Below, piece after piece: positions 11,050-23,290 of a DNA stretch of 64,000 nt (positions are counted from its first letter, which is position 1; each line of letters begins with the position of its first letter). The notes below the pieces were generated by a model. That model was not told the origin of the DNA. It saw only the letters and a program-made list of their open reading frames with translations, and did no database searches. Source of the stretch: Octopus bimaculoides (Eukaryota); assembly GCF_001194135.2 (NCBI RefSeq), contig NC_068981.1:38483871-38547870 (forward strand). The letters are read 5' to 3'. Both the position numbers and the translations under genes were made by a program.

Positions 11050-12490
11050 TCTAGCTTGTGTACATTTCAAATCAGTACCTAGCTGGATAACAAAGATATT
11101 TTCATGTGCCAAGGATTCACAAAAGGATAATATTGCAACCAACTTTCGTCCAGTAACGTATCTTATGCTAATGTGGAAACTATTGTCAGGTGCTTTGGCT
11201 AGTGAACTGTATAAACATTAAGAAAAAGTGGGGTGCTACCTATTGAACAGAAAGGTGCCAAAAGAGGAGCTGGAGAATGAAAGATCAGTTGTTAATTGAA
11301 CATGAATTTGGATATAAATACCTGGGAATATGTGATATGGGAACACAATGATATGTAAGAAAAGACAAGAAAAGAGTAGCAGCCGTCAGTGAGAAAAATA
11401 TTGCTTTCAAAGCCGAATGCCAGAAACATAATTTCAGCAATAAACTCATACGCAGTTGCAACAGTTCGGTGTGGCACTGGAATTTTGAAGTGGATAGAAG
11501 AGGAAATAAAATACTGGACAGGCAGACAAGGAAGCTCCTAACACTGCAAGGAGGCCATCATCCACAAGCAGACACAAATCGCCTATCTATGAAGAGAGCA
11601 ATTGTAGGAAGAGGACTGATAAGTGTGGAAGACTGCATCCATATCGAACTCGTGAGCTTAATGAGATACGTATCCCAAAATAAGGAAACCTTGTTAATGT
11701 CAGTTAGGAATGAGGGAGTATTGAAAGCAGGGAAAAATGGAAAAACAAAGCAAGATATACAAAATGACACAAAGAAGTATTATGTAGCAAGGAACTATAC
11801 AATCAATTCCATGTAGTTACAATTGAAGTTGCTGGAAAACATAGGTGGGATTGACTGAAGAAAAGGACACTGAAAAAAGAGATCAAGAGCTCTATACTGG
11901 CAGCGCAAAGCCAAGCTTTGGCTACACTTGGAATGAGCAAGCTGCATCTTTAATAGAGTGGACAAAATCATCGCTTATACCATGAACGAAAGCCCTAGAC
12001 TTGCCCAAAACCATTACAAGTTGAGGTGACACAATGAGATAACAAAGGTGCTACATTGGAAACTATGCAAAAAGTGGGGTCTAGAGAGAGGCAAGACATG
12101 GTATGAGCACAAACTGCAGAGAGTGGAGGATTCAGTGACCTGCAAAAATCTTGTGGGATTTCCCAATCCAAGCAAATCAGGTGCTAGAGCATAACAAACC
12201 GGACCTAGACACCACATATATAGCTTATGTTACGTGTCCCTTTGACCAATGAATAGTCAAGAAGGAAGGCTAGAAAATAGGTATATATGATCCTTTTAGG
12301 TACGAAATAGCCAGCCTATGGAAAATGAAAAATGTAAAGAGAGTGCCAAGTAATGTTGGGTCCTTGGGGATAGTATCAGAAGGCATCAAGAGGAATATAA
12401 AGGAAATTGGCATAGAGTACCCAGTAGATCTGTTACAAAAACTTACCCTCCTTGACATGGCCAGAATAATCAGGAAAGTATTAGATAGTT
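11050..12490 (+). mobile_element. R4/Dong-like (restriction-like endonuclease) non-LTR retrotransposon, degenerate and internally deleted
   Basis: NFRPVTYLMLMWKLLSG, HPQADTNRLSMKRAIVGRGLISVEDC, ILAAQSQAL, LHWKLCKKWGL motifs in broken frames. Confidence 0.85.
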
Positions 12491-12589
12491 GAAAAGTAAA
12501 GATAGCATGGTACTGCAGCAAACCCGCTATGCATGCAAGACATCAGGAGTTAAAAAAACGAAAACTGGGTTGAAAATAATGATAATAAC

Positions 12590-12728
12590 CATGCTTATTT
12601 TTACCGACCCCAAAAGGATGACAGGCAAAGTCGACCTTGGAGGAATTCAAACCCAGAGCATAGCGAAGAATGACATGCCGCTAAGCATTTCACACAGTGT
12701 GCTAACAATTCTACCAGCTCACTGCTTT
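12590..12728 (-). mobile_element. SINE family A
   Basis: Reverse complement of the family A head, preceded by (ATT)n. Confidence 0.8.
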
Positions 12729-12764
12729 AAAATAAAAATAATAATAATAATAATAATTTTAATA

Positions 12765-13445
12765 ATATTACATCAAATACAGCATGGACAGTACATCAGA
12801 AAGTGAGAAGTGCAGAATTTGTGGACAAAATGGTGAAACCATATGGCATATTACCAATCAATGTATGCCAGTAGCCCAGAAAGAATATAAGAGGAGTCAT
12901 GACAACATAGCAAGGATTGTCCATTGGAAACTTTGCAACAAGTATGGACTTGACAAAGCAAAAAAGTGGTACGAACATAAACCCGAGGGCATCATTGAAA
13001 ATGATAATGCAAAGATCCTATGGGATTTTATGATTCAGTGTGACCATGAGATAGAGAATAGGAAACCAGATATAGTGTTAATTTAGAAAGAAAGCAAACG
13101 ATGTTGGATCATAGATATAGCATGCCCAGCTGACAACAAGGTATGTAATAAAAAGAAAGAAAAATCGATAGTTAGCTTGGGAGGTTAAGTAGTTGTGGTT
13201 GCTGAAAAAGGTGGTAGTAGTAACAATAATTGTTGGAGCCCTGGGAACAGTGAGTAAAAATCTTGAGAAATTCATGGAACAAATAGAGGCTCCAATAAGG
13301 TTGGAGCACTTGCAGAAAACAGCTTTGCTTGGAACCGCTCGAATACTCCGGATGGTGCTCGAAAAATAAGGAGTGTTACCTTAGTTCACTGGTAGCAAGC
13401 AGCTGAAATTGTAGCATTAGAAGCTGTGCAAAGACAATAAAATAA
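12765..13445 (+). mobile_element. R4/Dong-like LINE 3' fragment (CCHC knuckle plus PD-(D/E)xK endonuclease)
   Basis: CRICGQNGETIWHITNQC, KILWDFMIQCD, RKPDIVLI, IIDIACPAD; begins at a (TAA)n tract. Confidence 0.9.
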
Positions 13446-13510
13446 CGATGATGATGATGATGACATCTATATGAATATTCATTCGAATATTTACTCATTT
13501 ATCATATATA

Positions 13511-14004
13511 TATAACTCATAAATATAGTGTACATTTAAACACATAAGAGGTATCCATCATAGGATTCCCTCACACTAGAAAGAACAGCTAAATGAAAAT
13601 AAAAACAATTATTGAAAATTTTTTGGATAATTTTCGAATTTATAACATTGGCATTTTTATTTGCTGCCGACGAGGAGCTGCGCTTGCATGGTAGATTTGA
13701 AAAAGTAGAATGTATAAGCATGAGGCATAGAATTGATTGTCTCATGTATATATGTTTAATCTAAGGTGTACCTGTTGATGAAGATTTCACCTAGCAAATT
13801 ATTTTATTTGCTAAAATAAAAATCAGAAACCAATTGGTTGGTCCAGGAAGCTAGATGGTAAATGTTTTTATTTTCATTTCATTCCCTTCGAAATGTTATC
13901 CCTGATATTGGTTTTGAAACTTAGCTGTTCTTTCTAGCATGAGGGAATCCTATGCAGGATACCTCTTATGTGTTTAAATGTACACTGTATTTATGAGTAA
14001 TATA
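13511..14004. mobile_element. MITE with about 80-bp terminal inverted repeats
   Basis: 13511-13592 is the reverse complement of 13921-14004 with few mismatches; TA-rich flanks. Confidence 0.75.
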
Positions 14005-15259
14005 TAGTCTTTAGACTAAATTTTTACATGCTAGGCCACTGGTAGTAGAAATTTCTACAATTTCTATTTCCCTTCGATATTATTAATTATATATATGTAT
14101 ATATATTCTGAGTATTCCAAATGTATCTTAATGTAATCCTTGTAGTGACATGCTGACTAGGAAAAGACCCACCTAATCCATATAAGCATGGAAAATGGAT
14201 GCAAAATAATTATGACTTAAATAATTCCAGAATATAACTAACCTGTATGCATAGGAAGATAGATCTCTAAGCTGTTAAACTTCCCTTGTTACTAAAATCA
14301 CTAAGTTTTGTATTTAGATTTATTAGTTGAACTACAATATTCTGTCCTAACAAGAGAAATAGCTGAATTGATGTTATTAGAGTAAATCATTTCCAATGAT
14401 ATTAATCAATAAAGAATGAATGTCTAAACTGCTTCTAAAATTCAAGAACTTAAGACTATCAAATTATTACAATAGGATATAATGTATGTGTCTGTAATGA
14501 CATTTTTTGACTGTCACCAGACATGTAATCAGTAAATTTTAATGAATTTCTTTCTTGATTATGAGCTTCTATTCTTATCACAGTTCTTTTTAAGTATATA
14601 ATTAAGGAAAAGATTTGACAAATCTTTTTTCATTCAATCTGATAATTAAATTACTAATGATTTTTAGTAAATATTGACAATAAGTAGACATTCAAGATTG
14701 AAGTTTTTCTAAACTTTTGATATTCTATCTAATATCAATTTTGTTCATAGCACCTTGTTATAACAAGCAATTTTGTTGCTCCTTGATACTGTGTAAGATA
14801 TATTACTTTTTTTTATGTAAAATGTTTAAAAATATAATTTAATGGTTAGCAATAACTGGTAAAAAAAGATTCAACAAGACAACATCATGAAAAATAACAA
14901 CTGTCCGTTCTTTCAGTCAGTTTATTGATTTCATTTATCATGTTGCTAAATTACTATTCAGTCATTCTTTTCATGTCTAATTTTCAATCACAATATGAAT
15001 TGCAATGTAAATATCTCTTAACCTTTGTTTTCAGGATACTATGAAAATAAGAGACTTTTCATTGATAGAATATTCCCACGTAATCTGATAATTAGATGAC
15101 CTTTTCTTGACAGCATAACTTGGGGGCTCAAGAGTTATTTCCATCAATATTAGATTTGGTATGTACTGAACATATTTGAAAAATTGACTCCAGATTTGTG
15201 ATGCCTTATCAACTAAATAGGTTTTCATTTGATATCAGCCTTCAATATTTCTCAAGCAA

Positions 15260-15420
15260 AGACCAGCATGGCAGTTGGACTAAAAACCTTGCTTAGCAGC
15301 AATGAGGTTTGGGGTTAAGTTTCACAGCATAGAACCTTCGGCAAGTGTCTTCTTCAATAGTCCCTGTCCAACCAATGCCTTGTGAGTGGATTTGGCAGAT
15401 GGAAGCTGTGTTGGAGCTCG
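15260..15420 (+). mobile_element. SINE family B 5' part with microsatellite
   Basis: ggcaagtgtcttc...ccttgtgagtggatttggcagatggaa, followed by (TA)n(GA)n to 15500. Confidence 0.7.
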
Positions 15421-15470
15421 TTATATATACATACATATATATATATACATACATATATATATATATATAT

Positions 15471-15504
<34 letters not shown>

Positions 15505-15918
15505 AGTTATGCAGATAAACAAATGAGATATAGTAAATACATTAAGCATAATAGTTTGGGTATGAAATACAAAATACATATATCTATACATATATATATA
15601 TATATATATATGCATGCATGCAAAATGAGAGAAAGCAAAAGTTGGAGACTTTCAAATGAAGAACTTTTATGTATAAATATATAGATATTTATATTAATAG
15701 GTCCAACTTAAACAGCAAAAACGACAAAGTTTATTTAGTAGTTTGGCAAGAGATCAACTGAACAAGTGCCAGACTTTAGAAATATGTACTGGTGTCAATT
15801 CATAGACTAAAACCCTTAAAAGCAGTGCTTCAGCATGGCCACAGTCCAATGACTGTATAAATAAAAGATAAAGGTTGAAGAATTTTTTAAAACAACAATT
15901 AATATTTGAGTATTTATT

Positions 15919-16130
15919 AAGGTAGCAACCTGGCAGAATTCTTAGCACACCGGTTAGAATGCTTAGCGGCATTTTGTCTGTCTTCATGTTCTGAGTTAAA
16001 ATTCTGCCAAGGTTGACTTTGCCTTTCATACTTTTGGAGTTGATAAAATAAGTACCAGTTGAGTACTGGGGTTGATGCAATCAACTTGACTCCTCATCCA
16101 AAACTGCTGGCCTTGTACCAAAATTTGAAA
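15919..16130 (+). mobile_element. SINE family A
   Basis: ctggcagaattcttagcacaccgg...gttctgagttaaaattctgccaaggttgactttgcc. Confidence 0.8.
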
Positions 16131-16177
16131 TCAGTATTTAAGTATTTATTATATTCCTTATCTCTTTAGACACTTAC

Positions 16178-16256
16178 ATGGAATCTTCCCAAATTGTTCT
16201 TATCTCTAACAAGTATTCTTCCTTTAAGTGTTTATTGGTTGCAGTAATATGTAATT
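16178..16256 (-). CDS. candidate penultimate exon (ELHITATNKHLKEEYLLEIRTIWEDSI)
   Basis: CAT|GTAAGT donor, open frame, phase 2 joins 10445; alternative acceptor at 16275. Confidence 0.5.
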
Positions 16257-16779
16257 CTGAATATGCATGCATTTTCTGATATTGTTTAGTAGAAGCAAAA
16301 CCAATGGCTTTTAAATGAATGGCTTCTACATGTGGCCATCAGACCTCTTAGACTCAATCTATATCTTTCACATTTCAAAATTTCAAGCAGCTCCATTATT
16401 CAAATGCACATTTTTTGAATATGAGTATAAAAACAAAATGCAGATAAACTACTTATTTTTCAAACAGAAGAAATAAATGAAATATACAACTATGTTTTAA
16501 GCTTAGATATTCATTGATCAGAATTAATCTACAATGAATGCTATTTTTCTGACTTCAGTGGTTGAATGAATGAATGATAATGCTTTTATCAAGAATGTTA
16601 AATATTTCCTGCTGGTGCTTAAAATGGCAGCATGAATATATTTCACTAGAAGTATACTTGTATAGAGTTATGACAAAAGCTAAGTACTTTTCTCAGCAAT
16701 TAAAGTTTCTTGCATAATTATAATATAAATATAAAACTGTATATAAGCAAGTTTTACAATAAGTGCACTGCACCTCTGC

Positions 16780-16915
16780 ATGTTGTAAAAAGAGATTAAA
16801 AGGATTTATAACAGGAAGAACATCTGATTGTAGAATGCTAATTCAAACTTGGACCCCTCAAGCCAAGCCAGTATATAGATATAGATATACATACATATAT
16901 ACATTATAGATATAT

Positions 16916-16960
<45 letters not shown>

Positions 16961-17110
16961 GGGCTTCCTTGCGTTTTTTGTCAACCAGATTCATTTGCAA
17001 ATTTTTGGTCAGCCCGGGGCACTAGTAAAAGACAATTGCCCAAGTCTTCACACAGTGGAACTGAACCCCAAACCCCACAGTTTCAAAGAAAGCTTCTTAA
17101 CCATACAGCC
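16780..17110 (-). mobile_element. SINE family B
   Basis: Reverse complement of the family B head/body with an internal (CA)n. Confidence 0.75.
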
Positions 17111-17284
17111 ATATCTAGAGACGAATATATTTTCCATTGGTGATGAATGTCAGAATCTTAATGTGGCTCAGGAATAAATGGGGAAATTTACTGCAGGACT
17201 TTGTAAACGGTACACTTAACAAAAATTATCTTAGAATTTCTTTTGTAGTGTTGCTTGTGTGATGATGAGCCATGTCTCATGTGG

Positions 17285-18368
17285 CTCATCATCATCATCA
17301 TTATTAGTTAATGTCCGTTGTCCATGCTGGCATGGGCTGGGCGGTTTGACCAGGAAGGCTGCACCAAACTCCAGTCTGTTTTGGCATGGTTTCTATGGTT
17401 AGATGCCCTTCCTAATGCCAACCACTCCATGAGTGTAATAGGTGTTTTTACATGGCACCGGCATAGGTGCTATTTACATGACACCAGTATCTGCCACGAT
17501 GGGTCTTCTTCTCAAGCATGGCAAAATACCAAATGGACTCAGTCATTACCTCGAAGCCCAGCATAATACCAAATTCTCTTAGTCCTTACCTCTGTAATGT
17601 CCAATGTTTGGTCCTTGCCTCTGTGAGGCCCAATACTCAAAAGGTGTTTTTATGTGCCACCAGCACAGGTGCCATTTGCATGATGCCAGTATCTGCCATG
17701 ACTGTGATTTTACTTGGCTTGATGAGTCTTCTTCTCAAGCAAAACATAGTACCAAAGCACAACATTTCAAGCACAACATAGTACCATTGCCTCTGTGAGG
17801 CCCAACATTCGGAAGGAGTTCAGCCACTTTGTATTTGTGAGGCTCAATGCTTGAAAGGTGCTTTTTATGTGCCATCTGCACGGGTGCCAGTTACATGACA
17901 CCTGCATCAGCTATGACTGCAATTTCACTTGACTCAATGGGTCTTCTCATACACAGCATATCACCAAAGGTCTTGGTCACAAGTCATTGCCTCTGTGAGG
18001 CCCAAGGTTTGGTGATCATGCTTCACTATCTCATCCTATGTCTTCCTGGGTCTACCTCTACCACAGGTTCCCTCCACAGTTAGGGATTGACAATTCTTTA
18101 CACAGCTGTCCTCATCCATACACATTACATGACCGTACCAGTACATCCGTCTCTCTTGCTCACCACATCTGATGCCTCTAATACCTAACTTTTCTCTCAA
18201 GATGCTTACACTCTGTCAAACATGCACACTGACATTGCACATCCAGCGAAGCATGCTGGCTAAATTTTTCTCATGCCTATGCATGTTCTCAGATGTCACA
18301 GTCCATGTTTCACTGCCATGTAACATAGCTGTTCACACACTGGAGTCATACTATCTGGCCCACGTCTA
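17285..18368 (-). mobile_element. RTE LINE 3' fragment
   Basis: RT C-terminal remnants, repeated 3'UTR units and (GAT)n tail as in 35990-37628. Confidence 0.85.
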
Positions 18369-18952
18369 GAAAAAAGCTACTCATACCTGATTATGTCAAA
18401 TGATACTCAATGATGAAATATTCACACTCAGTTTTATTGTCTGCTTCATTCATGATTCTATGGAATTCATATGCAACAGCCTTTCATTTCAGTCTCATGT
18501 TATCTTAATTGTGAAACCTAATTCTTCTGAAATTAACATAATTACTGCTTTCTCAGCTTTCTTTGATTCACCTATACAACCTACATACCAGAAATTTAAA
18601 ATAAGAAGGTTTTTACATAATCCTTTAAATACTTAATTCTAATCTTGAAGCATTTACACAAAATTTCAGGACTTCCATGTCAATGATTTGATTCTCATAA
18701 TTGAATCCGATGAAGTTTCAAATTATAAAAATCTAGATTGAAAATGACCATCCCTTCACTTAAAATCCTGGCTTCAGTGAAGTGGTCTTATTAATATATA
18801 AGAATAATTGATATTACTAATGAGTGAGAAAACTCTAGAAATCTTTGGTAAAATTACCTCAAGTATAAGGCACCCAAGTACGAACATGCATATATACACA
18901 CACAAACACACACACACACATGCATACATGCACTCAGACACACACAAACTCT

Positions 18953-18992
<40 letters not shown>

Positions 18993-19326
18993 CTCTCTCA
19001 TTCACTTTCTCACTCATGTATATATAACCACACCTATATACACAGGCCAATATCAATGTTATATCTGTGTCTGAATAAGTGTGTGTAAGTATACTTCCTG
19101 AACAGATCTTGTCATGGTAAACATAAACATGCTTACAACTCAAAGTATTTAATGAAAATAGTTTAATGATGGAAGGAAGAAAAGAAAATTACATATTGCA
19201 AATAAATTGGGAATAGGTCTACTTTTTCAGAAACGCCAGTCAACATCATTTCTTTCTTCGATATTCCTTCACAACACGAACATTGATTTTAAGAGAAAAG
19301 AAAAATAAAGAAATAAAAATACTTAC

Positions 19327-19392
19327 AAGCAAAGAAAAACAAAATAGTATAACAGACTGGAATATCTGCAATGATGTTGAAAATAGAAGCAT
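19327..19392 (-). pseudogene. candidate 66-nt exon of minus-strand gene
   Basis: ttattcttcag acceptor, CTT|GTAAGT donor, two open frames. Confidence 0.35.
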
Positions 19393-19971
19393 CTGAAGAA
19401 TAAATAATTGTGAGCATCAGAATCAGAAAATACTGCTTGTATCTAGACAATAGGGTTCATAATTTTCTATAACAGTCAAGGAACTGGCAAGAAATAGCGT
19501 TAACGAGTAAGACACTAAAGGTGAAAAAATTATAAAAAACAAACAAATTTAAAACAAATTAGTTCTAAAAAGAAAAAGAAAAAGAAATTCGATGCAAATA
19601 TTTTAACGAAAATTGTAATACATTAACACTTCATAAGAATATTGCAACAAGTGGTTTGTAGTAACATATGGCCCAGTTAAGTATGCCAGAAATAGCTAAA
19701 TATTGTGTTATTCTACAATGTATGGTTGTAGTGTAATGGACAGTAAAATAATATTGGGTGGATAGATATTTTAAATGAACAATTCATTTTGTTTTTTTTT
19801 CCAGTTTTAAGTAACTCTAGAGCAACCTATTAAAAAAATATAATTTAGACATTTTTTTTAGCAATTAAGAAATAGAAATGAAACATGAGAAAAAGAGAAT
19901 GAAAATATGAAATTTAAGAAAATATATAAATAAAAAATTACATAAATGTTGTAGGCTATAATTGAACTTAC

Positions 19972-20007
19972 ATTTCCTACTAAATTCTGAAGTATATAGC
20001 GTTCATA
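19972..20007 (-). pseudogene. candidate 36-nt exon (YERYILQNLVGN)
   Basis: cttttataaccttag acceptor, AAT|GTAAGT donor, phase 0-0. Confidence 0.35.
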
Positions 20008-21180
20008 CTAAGGTTATAAAAGAGTTAACTATGAAGCAACTAACAAGTTGTAAGCTATGCATTGGTAATACATCTTCTACATTTCTTCTACTTGTTACTC
20101 AGAAAAGTAAATATATAAATGATTAAGAGCTTTAAGGAACAGATTTGGTCTACACCGGGCTCTCTCTTTTCATATACTATTCAATTGGCTTTGAGTGTTT
20201 CATGTTTAAACACATAAATACTGTTTTAAAAAAAATAATACAATTCAAAGCTTCAAGACATTTCAATTAAATAGATTATTTGAATTAGCTAATCATAACT
20301 GGAATTTATATCAATCATTGAAGAATGTTATAATGCCATAGTAGTGTAGAAAGTAATGAATAATCTTGCGAGTGCCATGTTCTATACATAATTGCTTACG
20401 TCAGAGGGGAGATATACATTTGCATTATAGATAAAGATTTGGTTTTGTTTCTGTGATTATATACATTAATCATTCTCCCATGAGAGTCAATATTTAAACA
20501 ACAGCTATTTCTAACATATCAATGATCTCTATCAAAACCTATAAATTTTCTGCATCTCGTCTTTGCTGATAATAATACTCTATTAAAGAATTTCTCAAAT
20601 ATAGCAAAACAAATTAATATAGATATCAAGCTTCCTTGTTTTGCTTATACAAAATGAATCTTAATTTGTAATATTTCATCAGAAACACAAACTCTGCACA
20701 GCAATGAAAACAAAGTATCACAATACCAATTTATTTCATAAATTTTCAAAAACAAATTAAGTTTTAGCATGCCATTTTATACACAATTTTATACACACAC
20801 ACACACACACAATATATATATATATATTATATTATATCATATATATTATATATTTTCCTTGTCTAGATAAGCAACAATAATTATTACCTTGGTGATACAT
20901 ATCTCAATAAACTTGTTTGAGTAAACGAATCTCCTAAAGCCACATGATTTGATCAAGTTGAAATCACATCAATATGTCTAGCTGCAAGCACACATGGAGT
21001 TAAAAGTCTTGTTGACAGACAGTATATGATATGTTACAAACATTATAGTCACAAGTTCAAATTTCACTGCCCGGTCTTATAATCGAATAACTTCATGAAA
21101 AATAACCACAACGCTGGGAATGTCATTTTTTACTTCATAATGCTTGATCACATTACATGCTTGTGGCATAAATCCACTAT

Positions 21181-21408
21181 TTAACCCTTTTGCATTTGCA
21201 TTACTCTGTCAAATCTAATGCTTATTTATTCACAATATCTTCAACTAATCATTTATCATCTTGTAGCAGTGAGATTTCAACGATGTGATTGTATACTTTC
21301 AAAACGATGTTGTAAGTTAGGTGTGAGAGGCAGGATCTGGCCAGTTTGAATATAAAAGAGGTTGATTATTTGAGCTGGATATGGCCAGTTTAAATACTAA
21401 AGGATTAA
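21181..21408. mobile_element. piggyBac-like MITE
   Basis: TTAACCCTTT...AAAGGATTAA termini with TTAA at both ends. Confidence 0.55.
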
Positions 21409-21489
21409 ATGTGATTACTAATTTCCCCATTTACTCCTGAGCCTCATTAAGATTCTGACATTCATCAGTAATGGAAAATATATTCGTCT

Positions 21490-22150
21490 CTAGGTATGGC
21501 TGTATGGTTAAGAAGCTTTCTTTGAACCTGTGGGGTTTTGGGTTCAGTTCCACTGTGTGAAGACTTGGGTAATTGTCTTTTACTAGAGTCCCAGGCTGAC
21601 CAAAAATTTGTAAATGAATTTAGTTGACAGAAAACGCAGGGAAGCCTACTCTGTGCATGTGTGTGTGTGTGTGTGTGTGTGTGCACGCATGTGTTTGTGC
21701 ATATATATGCAATGTATATATGTATGTATATCTATATGTTTGTATGTGTATACACCTGTATGTATCATCATCATCATCATAGTCGTTTAACGTCCACTTT
21801 CCATGCTCGCATAGGTTGGATAATTTGACTGAGGACTGGTGAAACCAGATGGCTACACCACACTCCAATCTGATTTGGCATATATATATATGCATACGCC
21901 CACGCACACATGCACAAACATATATATATGTGTGTGTGTGTATGAGTTTGTATCCCACCACCACTTTATAATAACTGGTATTGGTTTGCTTATGTTCCCC
22001 CATGAGTCAATGGTTTGGTAAAAGAGACAGAAAGAACATGGAACCAGTCTTAAAATAAACACTGTAGTCAATATTTTCAACTAGACCATGCAAGATAGTG
22101 CCCCAGCATGGCCCTAGTTTAGTGACTGAGACTAGTAAAAGATAAAAGAT
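21490..22150 (+). mobile_element. SINE family B interrupted by an antisense RTE tail (21763-21880)
   Basis: Family B head and tail split by (CAT)n plus gtttaacgtccactttccatgc. Confidence 0.75.
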
Positions 22151-22904
22151 AAAACCAAATATAAAAATCTAGTCAGATCTGCTGTCATTCTTTTCAGTTT
22201 TCAAACCCAAGAAATTCATTGATTATGCTAAAGCTTAAAAATGTTTTCTAAACGTAAGTTTCTAAACATAACTGTGTATAGTGTGTAATTATATATATGT
22301 ATGTGCATATGATAACAACACTAAGATATACACAGTTACAATATCTCAACTTTCAGCTGTTTTCTTTAACTGAAAGAGTTTGTGCTTTCAAAAAGACGAG
22401 ATGAACAACAAAACACATCTAAAATCCTTGATGATATTCTGTAAAATACAAAATTATTTCAGAAAGCTGAAATTTTAACAAAGATTACCAAATTAGTTAC
22501 TGATAAAAATAGTCATGTCAGGACATTTACAATATTCAAATATTCAATATTCAAATGCTAAAATTTTCTGCAATAAATTGTAATAATAAAGGCAAATACA
22601 CTTAAAAAGTGGAAAGTATGAAAACTTAGTAATCCACTTTGGTAACATATAACATGATTAGTGTAAATGTCAGGAGAAAATTTTAAGAAAACATTGAAAT
22701 ATGACTGTTACCAAGTTTAAAAAATATATAAATATTAATGTTTGGAATATCAAAATTGTAATATTGTGTAATTCCATAATAATATGATTTACAAATGATA
22801 GCAGTAGTAGAAATGGACTCTTAGTTTTGAGACAAATATTTTACCCTGTACTTATATATGGACTTATGTAACAAGCTTCAGATTTTACATGCTAAAGATG
22901 TATT

Positions 22905-23290
22905 TCATGGATGAGTGGTTAAGAAGTTCACATCCCAAACGTGAACCACTGTGTGGCACATTGGGCAAGTGTTCTTCTACTATTGTCTTGGGCTGACCAA
23001 AGTGTTCTTCTTCTATAGTCTCAGGTTGACCAAAGCCTTGTGAGTGGATCTGGTAGATGGAAACTAGAAGAAGCCTGTGTGTTGTCTTGACATCTTGTAA
23101 TGGTTGTAAACAAACACCACTGTCATACAAGTAATGTTTTTCATTTCCAGCCTTTTATGAAAAACATCTCTAGTTATGGGGAAATATTACCTTACCTAGA
23201 AACAGGTGAGGGTTGGTGACAGGAAGGGTACCCAGCCATAAAAATCTGCTTCAAAAAATTCTGTCTGTTTCATGCAAGTATGAAAAATGG
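22905..23290 (+). mobile_element. SINE family B variant with RTE-like 3' end
   Basis: Family B head; tail aggaagggtacccagcc...catgcaagtatgaaaaatggg. Confidence 0.7.

Noticed and set aside
15035-15158. Plus-strand segment with good splice sites
   Set aside because: Stops in all three frames and no phase partner
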